From Escherichia phage vB_EcoM_SA35RD: a stretch of DNA of 64,000 nt. A program made the translations under genes and the position numbers. How positions within the stretch are numbered: position 1 is the first letter of the stretch; every line of letters starts with the position of its first letter. The DNA is taken from sequence record OL960577.1; one strand, given 5' to 3'. Under the pieces are notes generated by a model that did no database searches, was not told the origin of the DNA, and saw only the letters and a program-made list of their open reading frames with translations. Shown here in pieces: positions 27,697-38,080 of this stretch.

Positions 27697-29366
27697 TGAT
27701 GAGTGATATCGCCACCGATTGGACGATAGGAAACACCAGTTTCTTTATCAGTTAGTACCCATTTACCAGGATTTTTTGTAATCAGAGTAGCCGTTACAGG
27801 TTCTGCTACGTCATAACTAATAGAGCCATCTTGAAGTACACGGCCCGTGTTACGTAATTGCTTAGTCAGAAGTTCCATACCTTTATAATATGCGGCTACC
27901 GCTTTAAGTGGATTATTCTTGAAATAACCACCTAATGCAATCCAGATAATTGCTACTGCCAAATGATGATACTCGTTAAACGAACTCATCTTTCCATATT
28001 TGTAAACTAATGGATTGATGTTAATAGTCACATTACAAGTTGTTTCATCAATAATAAACTGGCCCCAGGTCGGATTAGCGTTGAATTCATCATAACCTGA
28101 AACAGCATAAAGCACTTTAGCTTCATCATACAATTTTGGTCCGTAAATCTTGGTTTCACCAAAATATCCACGAGGGTCGATAAACTTGACTTCGCCGTTA
28201 TCAGTAATCATAGTATTACTGAAGTTCGGATCACCGTGAATAACAGAGTACTGTCCCTGAGAACGGTTATGATAACGAATAAGATGTTCTAAAGCTTGTT
28301 TCAACATTGGCTTCAGACGTCCAATCTTAGTGTAGTTCACGTGTGTGATTTTACCAAATGAATCAATCAATGGCTGAATGCTTTCACAACGATCAATAAC
28401 TTTCGTATAGAACTCTTTAGTGAAATCACGGCGAACAGTTTCAGGACTTACAAAATAAGTGTCTGTGCTGAATTTCAGTGCATCTAAAATTGCATCAACA
28501 ATTTGTGGACGAGCAAGACTTGATTTGGATTTAATATATTCAAATGCCGGCTTACCTTTAATACGTTCCATTTCAAAGTTATTTTCATTAACAGAAACTA
28601 ACTGAGGGACTGAATCTGATTTCACTTTCAAATACCATGAAATCTCATCTTTCTGAAGAGCTCGACCTTGTTCGGTTAACGCGAATTTAGTTACAGTTTC
28701 TTCGCCAATTTCAACTGCATTAAAACTACGATTAAGTTCACGAACTTCATGAGCTTTTTCAAGTTTAGGCATATCGCCAAGGTCGATGATATTCATAAGC
28801 TCTGATTTATTGAATGCGCCGCTGTAAAGGAATTCTACGAAATCACGTCCTTTGCAGTATTCATGAATTTCCTCATCAGTAGAACCCATATAGAATTCCC
28901 AGTCTTTGAACTGATAAATTCCTACAACATTACCACCTGTTGAACCTACGTTAGTGATATTTTCACCGTCGAAATTATATCGACATTCGTCACCCTTAAC
29001 ATAGATTGCGTTAACATTCCAAGACCATGAACCAAAATCAGGAATAATATCACACCAGTTAACAATTACATTATGGCCGTCTAAATCTTTGTGTAATTTA
29101 GCAAGAGCATAAGCAGAACCATACGCTTCGTCAACTGTACGAATAGTCACATTGAACCCTTCTTGCTCACAATAAGCTCGAACAGTTTCAGCAAATTTTG
29201 AATGAACTACTACAATAATTTCATCTGCGCCAAGGTCAGAATAAATTGTATACAAATTGCTCAGAATAGTGTCTTGTTTATAGTTCACAAGAACTTTTGG
29301 AATATGATGCGTTATTGGATACAAACGAGTTGCCAGTCCAGCACCAAGAATAACAGCTTTTTTCAT
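27681..29366 (-). CDS. bifunctional sugar-1-phosphate nucleotidyltransferase / sugar kinase
   Basis: 561 aa; N-terminal GAGLATRLYPITHHIPK (G-x-G-T-R...PK); C-terminal HGDPNFSNTM...IDPRG (APH/choline-kinase-like). Confidence 0.6.
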   Translation of the reverse strand: MKKAVILGAGLATRLYPITHHIPKVLVNYKQDTILSNLYTIYSDLGADEIIVVVHSKFAETVRAYCEQEGFNVTIRTVDEAYGSAYALAKLHKDLDGHNVIVNWCDIIPDFGSWSWNVNAIYVKGDECRYNFDGENITNVGSTGGNVVGIYQFKDWEFYMGSTDEEIHEYCKGRDFVEFLYSGAFNKSELMNIIDLGDMPKLEKAHEVRELNRSFNAVEIGEETVTKFALTEQGRALQKDEISWYLKVKSDSVPQLVSVNENNFEMERIKGKPAFEYIKSKSSLARPQIVDAILDALKFSTDTYFVSPETVRRDFTKEFYTKVIDRCESIQPLIDSFGKITHVNYTKIGRLKPMLKQALEHLIRYHNRSQGQYSVIHGDPNFSNTMITDNGEVKFIDPRGYFGETKIYGPKLYDEAKVLYAVSGYDEFNANPTWGQFIIDETTCNVTININPLVYKYGKMSSFNEYHHLAVAIIWIALGGYFKNNPLKAVAAYYKGMELLTKQLRNTGRVLQDGSISYDVAEPVTATLITKNPGKWVLTDKETGVSYRPIGGDITHQWERI

Positions 29367-29407
29367 GTTGAAGTCCTCATTGGTAAGTAGATGTATTGTA
29401 CACTATT

Positions 29408-29551
29408 CTAGTTAAAGCATTCATACTTTGCCTGTAGACCAATCATAATCCATCCAATTACAAGTGTTGGAATCATTACTGGAGCCGTTAAGCTCCAGTA
29501 GATAGTCATGACAAGCATTAATAGTAAAAGTCCTATTGTTATTGCTTTCAT
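29408..29551 (-). CDS. small hydrophobic peptide translationally coupled to isomerase gene
   Basis: Hand translation MKAITIGLLLLMLVMTIYWSLTAPVMIPTLVIGWIMIGLQAKYECFN; ATGA overlap with upstream stop. Confidence 0.3.
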   Translation of the reverse strand: MKAITIGLLLLMLVMTIYWSLTAPVMIPTLVIGWIMIGLQAKYECFN

Positions 29552-30183
29552 TGTTCGCCTCGTAACATGGCACCTAGTGCACCACCAGGGTGGAACTTAA
29601 GGAAGTCATTAGAGGTAAATCCGCGTTCAGACGAAAGGTTGATAGCAAACGTATCGATAAGCGCTAACAACAATGTGGTGGACATTGTCGGAGCTAAAGA
29701 GTTCTCGTCAACTTCTACCGCGATACCGGTACAGAACGTATAATCAAAAAGAGCTTCGTATTCTTGTGGAATGTCAGGGTTACAATGTAACAGAATCTGT
29801 TTAACCTGAGGACGAATCATACGAAGATGTTTAGCAACACCTATCATTTCTTCAGTCTTACCAGAACGACTAATATGAATCAACACATCATTAGGCGCAA
29901 TGAATCCTGCATCACCGTGAGAATAATGCCCGGTGTTCAAGTACATACTCGGGATACCGAGTGAAGCAAATGTCTCAGAAGCTTTAGTTGCAATATTAGC
30001 ATTCTTACCAACACCTGTAATAATTACTCGGCTTTCATAATTACTAAGTCCTGGGCGTCGAAGAGTTTCTAGAATAGCATTATAACGAGCAGGGTTTTGA
30101 CTAATTACTTTGGCCATAGCGGCCAAAGAAGAAGCTTGTTTTATGATTGCGTCAATAGCGATAGTAATAGGAGTAGTTTTCAT
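29548..30183 (-). CDS. SIS-domain sugar-phosphate isomerase, arabinose-5-phosphate isomerase-like
   Basis: 211 aa; GVGKNANIATKASETFASLGIPS...SHGD resembles KdsD/GutQ SIS domain. Confidence 0.6.
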   Translation of the reverse strand: MKTTPITIAIDAIIKQASSLAAMAKVISQNPARYNAILETLRRPGLSNYESRVIITGVGKNANIATKASETFASLGIPSMYLNTGHYSHGDAGFIAPNDVLIHISRSGKTEEMIGVAKHLRMIRPQVKQILLHCNPDIPQEYEALFDYTFCTGIAVEVDENSLAPTMSTTLLLALIDTFAINLSSERGFTSNDFLKFHPGGALGAMLRGEQ

Positions 30184-30223
30184 ATTTCTCTCATTTAATT
30201 AGTTTACCGTCCATGTCATTATA

Positions 30224-32935
30224 TCAAAAATCGAACATATCGAACAGAGATGCTTTCTTCTCGTAATCGAGTTTCGCTGCTGATGTGAATCCTTCAAGTG
30301 GTTTAATAAATGTCTTCTCAAGGAGAACAGTGTAGTCCATCCAATGAAGTACGTCGTCTTTAATTAAATCTGTTATTTCAGTGCCAGAAGGCCATGCGAT
30401 ACATTTATCACCGAATGGGTTTCCTTCACGTAAAGGCAGAACATATACTTTTTCACCTTCTACAACTTGTGGTGCATCGATATTACCTTTGATAGCCCGG
30501 TTATACGTCAGAATTCCACGAATATGGAACGGGCATTTAGGACCAGGGAATCCACCGACGTCATATTTAGCAATGTTATTCGCAGAAGATACCGACGCGA
30601 TGCTAATATAATTCAATTGACGGAATTCTTTTTCAAACTCTTTAAAATATTCTTGTAATGATTCTTCACCTTCTTGAAGCATACGACGAATACATTCTTT
30701 AAGAGCTTTCTGTACTGCTTTAGGGGTCGAAGATTTCTGAGTCTCTAGACCCATGATTTTGAGTTTAGGCTCAGCGTAACGAGTACCTTCCATATCCCAC
30801 ACGTTTAATGCATAACGTTTCTTACCAGTCCAAAATCCGCCAATACCTTTAGAACCAAGCGGAGGTCCAGCGATAGCTTCTCGGTCCATGAACATCAAAT
30901 GTTGCTTATTATTCATGTATTCGCACATTTCACGGAAACCTCTATCAATAGCAGGTTCCATACGTTCACGAGCGAACTTATCTAAGAAGTCTACCCAGTG
31001 GTTGGTATCACGGAATTTAGATTCACCAACCTTATCGATAATTTTATCAGCAGATACGTAAATAGAGTCTGTATCACCATAAAGAACGAAAGCTTCACCT
31101 TCTGTACCACAAACTTCATTCAGATATTCATTAACTTTACGTTCAATCCACTGTAAAGCCATTTGCCCGAATGTTGTGATTGCAGTAGCATTACGCAAAT
31201 CATAATAACGGAACCAAACGTTTCCAAGTGCACCATAAAGTGAGTTGATGAGCAATTTACGGTTAATTTGTGCAGTCATACCTGCAACTTCAGTACGTTG
31301 AGCTCTAAACAACATTTCATTAAGAGATTTAGCAGACAACTTTTTAATCTTTTCTTTAATCTCATCGCTGAAGTCGAAACGATAATCAACATCTAACGGT
31401 TCGTCAACAGAAAGATTAGGATTATGCAATGCCTCTTTAATTATTTCACCATTACGTTGAGCTGCAAGCATATAACCTTTATGTTCTTTACGTTGATTAA
31501 AGACCTTAGTGATTTCAGTTGGAACAACACCATCACGGTCTTTATAATACATCATGCCGTTAGGAGAGCAACTATACACATCTGAAGGACGTTCAGCGAT
31601 TGCGTTAATATAATCATGCAATGGAGCTACTTTAAACGTTCCTGCTATTGTTTCCGGGCTAATATTCACTTGGCGAATAATACTTGGATACAGAGATGTA
31701 AGGTCGAAACTCATTACATATTTGTATCGATTTGGAATAGGTTCCTTAACAAAAGCGCCAGGATAAGGTTGAACCGGGTGAGAACGACCTTGTGGAATCA
31801 CCTTGTTCTGCTCTTTAAGGCTATTAAAAATAATAGCATCCCATGTTTTAATTGGGCTAAACACAGATTGAATCTGTATCTTAGCATAATAACCCATGTC
31901 CAAGCTCAAGTTGATGAACTGTCGCTTAGCATCAATTTGCAATACACGATACACATCGATAATGTTATAAGAAATATATCGTTGGTGATTGCTTTCACGA
32001 AGCTTAGAAATAGGGCCGTCATATTTCAGTTTACCAACGTTCAATTCAAATTCTGAAATGTAATCCAGAGAATACGACGGTTGATTGGTAAAAGAGAATT
32101 TTTTGTAAAGGTCAATGTAATCAAGAACAGAGATACCGAACAATGTAATGATTTCACGAGAACCATACATGTTTTCGATAACTTTAACACGAGTTTTACG
32201 ATGTGGTGATAAACGTTTCGCAGTAGATTCGCCAAAAATATTCTTGATTCGGTTATACACATATGGAATATCAAATGACTCAACGTTCCATCCAGTCAAA
32301 ATGACAGGAGTTTTCTGTTGCCAGAAGTTGAGATATTCCATCAACAATTCTTTTTCGTTATCAAACGGCATATAAATGATTTTATCGATAATTTCGGATG
32401 GAACTTCATCACCACCTTGTTCTTGAAGCTTAGCCGCAATTTCGATAGACCATTCTTCTACATTACCGTATGGAGAATTCAATAGATCAAATACGTAGAA
32501 CCTGTCGTCAATTGAGTCATAATGGGTGATAGCATCAATCGGATGTTTTGCTTGTGACGGCTCAGGGAACCCATCCGGAGATGTTACTTCGATGTCGAAG
32601 TTAGCCACACGAATTTTTGTATGGTCGTATTTGATTTCATAGTTATAAGTGTCAGACAAATACGCCAATTTGAAATCGTCCATGCCAAGTGCTTCAAGTC
32701 CGATATCTTCCATGCGTTTAATCCATTGGGAGGCATCACGCATATTAGCGAACAACTTACGAGTACACGGCTTACCATAGATATCGAAATATTTCGTAGC
32801 CTGACTTTCCGGACAATGAGCAAACAGTGATGGTTTATATTCTACTTCACGAGTACGTTCACGGCCATTAGAATCGATGTAACGTTCAAAAATTGAATCA
32901 CCAATCTGTTCAACCGTTAAGTAAAATTCTTTCAT
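30224..32935 (-). CDS. 43: DNA polymerase gp43 (family B)
   Basis: 903 aa; N-terminus MKEFYLTVEQIGDSIFERYIDSNGRERTREVEYKPSLFAHCPE matches remembered RB69 gp43; YGDTDS motif. Confidence 0.95.
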   Translation of the reverse strand: MKEFYLTVEQIGDSIFERYIDSNGRERTREVEYKPSLFAHCPESQATKYFDIYGKPCTRKLFANMRDASQWIKRMEDIGLEALGMDDFKLAYLSDTYNYEIKYDHTKIRVANFDIEVTSPDGFPEPSQAKHPIDAITHYDSIDDRFYVFDLLNSPYGNVEEWSIEIAAKLQEQGGDEVPSEIIDKIIYMPFDNEKELLMEYLNFWQQKTPVILTGWNVESFDIPYVYNRIKNIFGESTAKRLSPHRKTRVKVIENMYGSREIITLFGISVLDYIDLYKKFSFTNQPSYSLDYISEFELNVGKLKYDGPISKLRESNHQRYISYNIIDVYRVLQIDAKRQFINLSLDMGYYAKIQIQSVFSPIKTWDAIIFNSLKEQNKVIPQGRSHPVQPYPGAFVKEPIPNRYKYVMSFDLTSLYPSIIRQVNISPETIAGTFKVAPLHDYINAIAERPSDVYSCSPNGMMYYKDRDGVVPTEITKVFNQRKEHKGYMLAAQRNGEIIKEALHNPNLSVDEPLDVDYRFDFSDEIKEKIKKLSAKSLNEMLFRAQRTEVAGMTAQINRKLLINSLYGALGNVWFRYYDLRNATAITTFGQMALQWIERKVNEYLNEVCGTEGEAFVLYGDTDSIYVSADKIIDKVGESKFRDTNHWVDFLDKFARERMEPAIDRGFREMCEYMNNKQHLMFMDREAIAGPPLGSKGIGGFWTGKKRYALNVWDMEGTRYAEPKLKIMGLETQKSSTPKAVQKALKECIRRMLQEGEESLQEYFKEFEKEFRQLNYISIASVSSANNIAKYDVGGFPGPKCPFHIRGILTYNRAIKGNIDAPQVVEGEKVYVLPLREGNPFGDKCIAWPSGTEITDLIKDDVLHWMDYTVLLEKTFIKPLEGFTSAAKLDYEKKASLFDMFDF

Positions 32936-32993
32936 TTAATTTCCTTTAGACGAGTTATTGTCTTTTGTTTGTTGATGAACTTATTATACTCCA

Positions 32994-33013
32994 AATGGGA
33001 CCGAAGTCCCATT
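32994..33013 (-). other. stable hairpin (UUCG loop) between regA stop and gene 43 5'UTR
   Basis: AATGGGAC-CGAA-GTCCCATT; followed on minus strand by GGAGTATAAT and gene 43 SD. Confidence 0.45.
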
Positions 33014-33016
33014 GCT

Positions 33017-33385
33017 TTAATTACCAATTGTATATTTTGCTTTCAAAGTCCAGTCATCTTTCTGTTTAAAAGAGATAACACGGAAGTTATTAGTAAGGCC
33101 AAACAGATCTTCACGAGCAGAGTCTTCAATAACAATCAAGCCCCAGTCTTCAAGCAACTGAGCAATCGAATCACGTCGCTGATAGTCTTCACCGTCAATA
33201 TCAACCTGACGTCCATCCATACGCAGCATTTCTTTAAAGTGGACGATGTAGTATTTACCTTGCTTTTGGAGGATATGACAGGACTGATAAAGGACTTTAT
33301 CCTTGTTATTAGCGATGCCCATACGGGTCAAAGTCTCTTTGACTTTAAGAAAATCTTCAGGGTTCTTCAATTTAATTTCAATCAT
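33017..33385 (-). CDS. regA: translational repressor RegA
   Basis: LKVKETLTRMGIANNKDKVLYQSCHILQK and NNFRVISFKQK match remembered T4 RegA; start at MIEIKL. Confidence 0.85.
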   Translation of the reverse strand: MIEIKLKNPEDFLKVKETLTRMGIANNKDKVLYQSCHILQKQGKYYIVHFKEMLRMDGRQVDIDGEDYQRRDSIAQLLEDWGLIVIEDSAREDLFGLTNNFRVISFKQKDDWTLKAKYTIGN

Positions 33386-33387
33386 TT

Positions 33388-33951
33388 TTACCATTCCAAT
33401 GCTAATTTTTTAAATTGTTTTTGTTCTTTCACATTTTTTGTAACTTCTTTGAGAAACTCATCAGTGACCATGGCCTTCAGTTCTTTAAGGACTATTGGCA
33501 GCTTGTTATTTTTTTCAAGGAGCCGCTTATACTCGGTAGCATCATTCATGTTGATTGTGTAATGTTTCATCAACAGTTTGATAACTAGTAACTCTGAAGT
33601 GTCTTCGACTAGTTTAGCCCATTTAGAGAATCGTCGGCCACGTGGAATTGCCGCCATCATATAGTTGAAGTGCGCTTCATCACTTAATTCAGAACCGACT
33701 AAGTTCATCATGTAAACGGCTGGCATACATTCTGGGAACTGGGATAATGAGTTCTCAACCATAAATTTTGAGTAGTCGACCTGAGCAATTGACATAGATT
33801 TCTTTTCATTAATAGCATTAATGATTTTAAAGAATTCATTCTCAGGTTTTTCTTTAAACATGTCAGCACATTTTTGAATCGCGTCAGCGTCGTTAGACTT
33901 CCATGCAATTTGGTGCTCGTTAAGTTGGACGTCATCATCAAATAAGTTCAT
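33388..33951 (-). CDS. 62: clamp loader subunit gp62
   Basis: 187 aa, same length as T4 gp62; synteny. Confidence 0.7.
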   Translation of the reverse strand: MNLFDDDVQLNEHQIAWKSNDADAIQKCADMFKEKPENEFFKIINAINEKKSMSIAQVDYSKFMVENSLSQFPECMPAVYMMNLVGSELSDEAHFNYMMAAIPRGRRFSKWAKLVEDTSELLVIKLLMKHYTINMNDATEYKRLLEKNNKLPIVLKELKAMVTDEFLKEVTKNVKEQKQFKKLALEW

Positions 33952-33952
33952 A

Positions 33953-34915
33953 TTATTTCCAAGTCAGTTCGCAGGTCAGTTGAAGAAGCATATACATAAC
34001 ATGTAATTCAATATTACTTGCTAATCCATGAAACTTATTATTTTCGCCTGCAATTTCATAAAGCGAAATAATACTTTTACCAGGTGCAACTTGGTCATAA
34101 CATTCTGAAACTAATTTATCGATGAACCATGAATAATCTGCGGCATATTTTGGAGCTAATGCACGAAGCTGTTTGATATCTTTGTTCTTCATTGCTTCGA
34201 TAACATCAGAGACTGTGCCACGGTCATTAGTTACGATAGACAAAATACCAGCATCAAGAACACCTTTAGACGAGTACTGGTCTAATTGACCAATTGTACG
34301 ACGAAAGTCCGGGAAGTTCTTTTTAACCAGAGCTGCAACAACTTTCATATCAGCGATTTCGATATTTTCATTCTTACAGATTTCAACCATACGATGAATC
34401 ATTTTCTTCATCATCGAGATTTTATCTTCTTCGGTTGGACGTCCGAATTCAATAACTCGACAACGACTACGTAATGGTTCAATAATTCCATCGATGTTGT
34501 TAGCAGTAATAACAATAGAGCAGTTACTAGAGAATTCTTCCATAAACGTACGAAGGTGACGTTGTGATTCGGCGAGACCACTACGGTCGAATTCATCAAT
34601 AACAATAACTTTAGGCTTGCCTTCCATTGAGACTGAACGAGCGAATGCAGTTAACGGACCACGCACAAAATCAATCTTACAATCAGAACCGTTGACGAAC
34701 ATCATTTCGGCATTGATATCATTACATAATGCTTTTGCTACGGTTGTTTTACCTGTACCAGGAGAAGGAGAGTGCAAAATAATATGAGGAAGTTTTCCTT
34801 TAGATACTAAAGACTTGAATGTTTCATGGTCATACGCAGGCAGAATACATTCGTCAATGGAAGAAGGACGATATTTCTGTTCTAGAATGTGTTCTTTGGA
34901 ATTGATAGTAATCAT
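33953..34915 (-). CDS. 44: clamp loader AAA+ subunit gp44
   Basis: 320 aa; Walker A SPGTGKTT; synteny. Confidence 0.85.
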   Translation of the reverse strand: MITINSKEHILEQKYRPSSIDECILPAYDHETFKSLVSKGKLPHIILHSPSPGTGKTTVAKALCNDINAEMMFVNGSDCKIDFVRGPLTAFARSVSMEGKPKVIVIDEFDRSGLAESQRHLRTFMEEFSSNCSIVITANNIDGIIEPLRSRCRVIEFGRPTEEDKISMMKKMIHRMVEICKNENIEIADMKVVAALVKKNFPDFRRTIGQLDQYSSKGVLDAGILSIVTNDRGTVSDVIEAMKNKDIKQLRALAPKYAADYSWFIDKLVSECYDQVAPGKSIISLYEIAGENNKFHGLASNIELHVMYMLLQLTCELTWK

Positions 34916-34990
34916 GTAATTTTCCTCATTATCATTAAACTGGAGGATTTCTCCTCCATAATCGTATCACAATAAACGTAAAGCTTTGAC

Positions 34991-35677
34991 TTAGAAGTCG
35001 TGAGTAGAATCGGCTTCCATCGCAATAACATAACTTACTTGAGAGCTTTCAAACTTGGCTGCAACTTTATCACCGGCTCCCCACAACATTACTTTATAAT
35101 TACCTGGCTGGATTTTCATATTAGCCATATTGATTACGAAGTTAAAGTTGTTAGAACCATCATAATCGGTAAGAGTCAAAGAATACTTAGGACGAGTTAG
35201 TCCAGAATCTTCAACTTTATTATAGCCATTGATAACAATTTTACCATCTTTATTTGTAATAGCAATTGTATCAATCTGAAGACCACGTGAAACTCGAAGC
35301 AATTGTTGAAGGTCTTCAGCTTTAATTTCAGTAATCACAGAAGCCACTGGGAATTGAATTGGCTTATTAGGAAAAACAATGGTGCTCTTGTCAGCGGCAG
35401 GCCAATAAACCGTGGAGCGTGTGTCTGCAATTTTAATATTGCCATCAGTGTGCATTGAAATTTCAGCATCATCAGACACTAGACTCAAAATGCTTAAGAA
35501 GCTATTCAAATCATAAAGTGCTACGTCAAAATCAATTTCATCAGAGATATTTGCTTCCGCATAAGTGGTGCCATTAACTGCACGAGTCATAATAAATTTA
35601 CCTTGACTCAGCAGAATGCCGGAGTTAATAGAGGCAAAGTTTTTCAGAATAGCGATAGTATCTTTAGACAGTTTCAT
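34991..35677 (-). CDS. 45: sliding clamp gp45
   Basis: MKLSKDTIAILKNFASINSGI matches remembered T4 gp45 N-terminus. Confidence 0.85.
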   Translation of the reverse strand: MKLSKDTIAILKNFASINSGILLSQGKFIMTRAVNGTTYAEANISDEIDFDVALYDLNSFLSILSLVSDDAEISMHTDGNIKIADTRSTVYWPAADKSTIVFPNKPIQFPVASVITEIKAEDLQQLLRVSRGLQIDTIAITNKDGKIVINGYNKVEDSGLTRPKYSLTLTDYDGSNNFNFVINMANMKIQPGNYKVMLWGAGDKVAAKFESSQVSYVIAMEADSTHDF

Positions 35678-35719
35678 TTTATTTCCTTTCAAGACAATTC
35701 AAAGTTTATAACAAATTTA

Positions 35720-36136
35720 TTATGCAGCAACCATCTGCTTTTTAATAGCTTCAGGCAGTGATTCAATATATTCTGGAATTTTAGAGGCAACAATTTCGCC
35801 AGCTGCAATTAGTTGTTCGTCGGCATCAACACAGTAGAAATCTTCCAGACGCTCAGAACCGTCTTTATCAAGAACGATTTTTCCACCAGCTTCAATAGAA
35901 TCTTTATAGTGCTTACGCATCAGATGAATCCACATATCAGATACATCGTTATCAATAAAACCGTAAATCATAAAACGAGTTTCTTGTGGCAAAGATTGGA
36001 GTTTTTTAGCACTTGCGTCATCACAATGCAGGACCCATGCTTTACGAACACGATTATGGTTATGTGGGTTAGCGTCAGTACGGATAGAAGTAACTTTCAG
36101 ATCAGCAGCAGTGAAACCTTTAGCAGTAGTAAACAT
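35720..36136 (-). CDS. rpbA: RNA polymerase-binding protein RpbA-like
   Basis: 138 aa ORF at rpbA position. Confidence 0.4.
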   Translation of the reverse strand: MFTTAKGFTAADLKVTSIRTDANPHNHNRVRKAWVLHCDDASAKKLQSLPQETRFMIYGFIDNDVSDMWIHLMRKHYKDSIEAGGKIVLDKDGSERLEDFYCVDADEQLIAAGEIVASKIPEYIESLPEAIKKQMVAA

Positions 36137-36148
36137 ATTATTTCTCTC

Positions 36149-36349
36149 TTATTCGTAGAAGTCGGTAACTGTCCATGCGGAATTGCGATTAGACATTATT
36201 TTATTATACTCATCTTTAAAAGCAGATTTGAGCATTTGTTCAGTAACAATATGTTCTTCACCTGAAAACGTATTGGTCAAAACATATTTTTTAATTTCAG
36301 GGACAACGAGAAGATGTTGGCCGGTTGAATACTCCATGTTGTTCTCCAT
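36149..36349 (-). CDS. hypothetical protein (45.2 position)
   Basis: 66 aa ORF. Confidence 0.4.
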   Translation of the reverse strand: MENNMEYSTGQHLLVVPEIKKYVLTNTFSGEEHIVTEQMLKSAFKDEYNKIMSNRNSAWTVTDFYE

Positions 36350-36391
36350 TTAATTTGATGTGGTCATTATAACCACATCGTGTTAAAGCGT

Positions 36392-38080
36392 TTATGAAAC
36401 AGTCATTACCGTAAATCGTCCAACTTTGCTCATTTGAAGATGTTGTCCATAAGCTTGTGGGTCATGGTCTCTGTGACTAATTATAAACACGTTTGCATCG
36501 GTTAGAGAGTTAAGAATTGTTGAAATAGCTTTAATACCTTCAGAATCAGTCGCGGAATCCATGACTTCGTCCATAATTAATGTATTGATTCTAACACCAG
36601 AGACCTTTTCAGCAATATCTCGCCATGTAAACAACAACGCGATATCGATACGCGCTTTTTCGCCTTGACTAAATGAAGCATAACTGAACTCTTCACGGCC
36701 ACGTGATTTTATAGATTCATTGAATTCTTCGTCAATAGAAAACACGTAATCGGCTTCCATGATTTTAAGATAATGGTTAATCTGCTTATTGAACAAAGGC
36801 ACGTATTTTTTAATGATAGCACCTTTAATACCAGAATCTTTTAACATATCTGTGATAATACCACGATGGTATTTTTCAAGAACGATATCTGATTTTGTTT
36901 TAATGATTTTATCAAGTTCTTTTTGAAGCAAAGCTATCTCATCGGCATGGTCGATAAATTCCGCTGAGGCTTGTTCTATTGCAGCTTTAACTTTCTTAGC
37001 TTTATCAATAGTGGCAATCATTGCTTGTTTCTTGGTACGAATATCAGATGCAAGGTCCTGTTTAGTCTTAACATTAGCTCTATATTCGTCCACTAGGACA
37101 CTCAGATTATCTCTGTGGCAGGTAAGTTGCTCGAATGAGTGATTACATTCATGAAGCTTATCGGTAATCTTAGAGACAATAGGGTCACCCTGGTGCAACT
37201 GTGATGCGCAAGTAGGACATGTACCGCCATCATGATACATCTTAATAACTTTGTTATATGAGTCAATTTTAGATTTAATCAAGAATGCTTCTTGTCCGAT
37301 CTTGTTGAATGCCTCAGTAGGGTCTTCGTCAAGAACGATATTAAGTAGACGCTCGTTAGCTTCTTCAATTTCTGCTTTTAATGAACGAGCTTCTTTGGCT
37401 AGGTCGTCATACATATTCTGTAGACGCGCTACATTATCGCCAGATAATTTCTTTTGACGTTCGATATTCTCGTTATAAATCTTAATTTGTTGGATAATAC
37501 CATCTTTCTTGGCATCGAGAACTTGTCCCTGGGAATTAAGTTCTCGAACTTGAGACTTATTGATTTTATCCATTTCGGCGAGTGTGCCGACTTCTAAAAG
37601 GTCTTCGACAAGTTTTCTACGAGCAGGGGTGCTAAGAGCCATGAAAGGGGTATACCCTGCCGTCCCAAGCACAACGATTTGTTTAAAAGACGCGTATGAC
37701 ATTCCGATGCTACGTTCAAATTCTTCTTGGAAGTCACGACTGCTGGCAGATTCATCAAGACGAACACCGTCAACGGAGATTTCGAAAATATTGGGCTTTT
37801 GGCCTCGTTTAATGAAGTATTTTTTACCATCGAATTCCATCCAAAGCTCAACTAAGAGCTCTTTCTTGTTCGTGCTATTAATGATTTGTCCTTTCTTAAC
37901 ATCACGAAATGGTTTACCGAAAAGTCCGAAAGTAATGGCTTCTAACATCGTAGATTTACCACCGCCATTTTTACCAGTGATTAATGTCTTTTGGACTTTA
38001 TCTAATTGGATATCAATAGGATTCCCACCTACCGACATGATGTTTTGATAACGAACACGATTTAATTTAAATGATTTCAT
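36392..38080 (-). CDS. 46: recombination nuclease subunit gp46 (Rad50/SbcC-like)
   Basis: 562 aa; Walker A GKNGGGKST, central coiled coil, zinc hook CPTC. Confidence 0.85.
   Translation of the reverse strand: MKSFKLNRVRYQNIMSVGGNPIDIQLDKVQKTLITGKNGGGKSTMLEAITFGLFGKPFRDVKKGQIINSTNKKELLVELWMEFDGKKYFIKRGQKPNIFEISVDGVRLDESASSRDFQEEFERSIGMSYASFKQIVVLGTAGYTPFMALSTPARRKLVEDLLEVGTLAEMDKINKSQVRELNSQGQVLDAKKDGIIQQIKIYNENIERQKKLSGDNVARLQNMYDDLAKEARSLKAEIEEANERLLNIVLDEDPTEAFNKIGQEAFLIKSKIDSYNKVIKMYHDGGTCPTCASQLHQGDPIVSKITDKLHECNHSFEQLTCHRDNLSVLVDEYRANVKTKQDLASDIRTKKQAMIATIDKAKKVKAAIEQASAEFIDHADEIALLQKELDKIIKTKSDIVLEKYHRGIITDMLKDSGIKGAIIKKYVPLFNKQINHYLKIMEADYVFSIDEEFNESIKSRGREEFSYASFSQGEKARIDIALLFTWRDIAEKVSGVRINTLIMDEVMDSATDSEGIKAISTILNSLTDANVFIISHRDHDPQAYGQHLQMSKVGRFTVMTVS

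Noticed and set aside
31616-32830. Several ORFs on both strands inside DNA polymerase gene 43
   Set aside because: Nested within the 903-aa polymerase ORF; no RBS; not plausible as separate genes.
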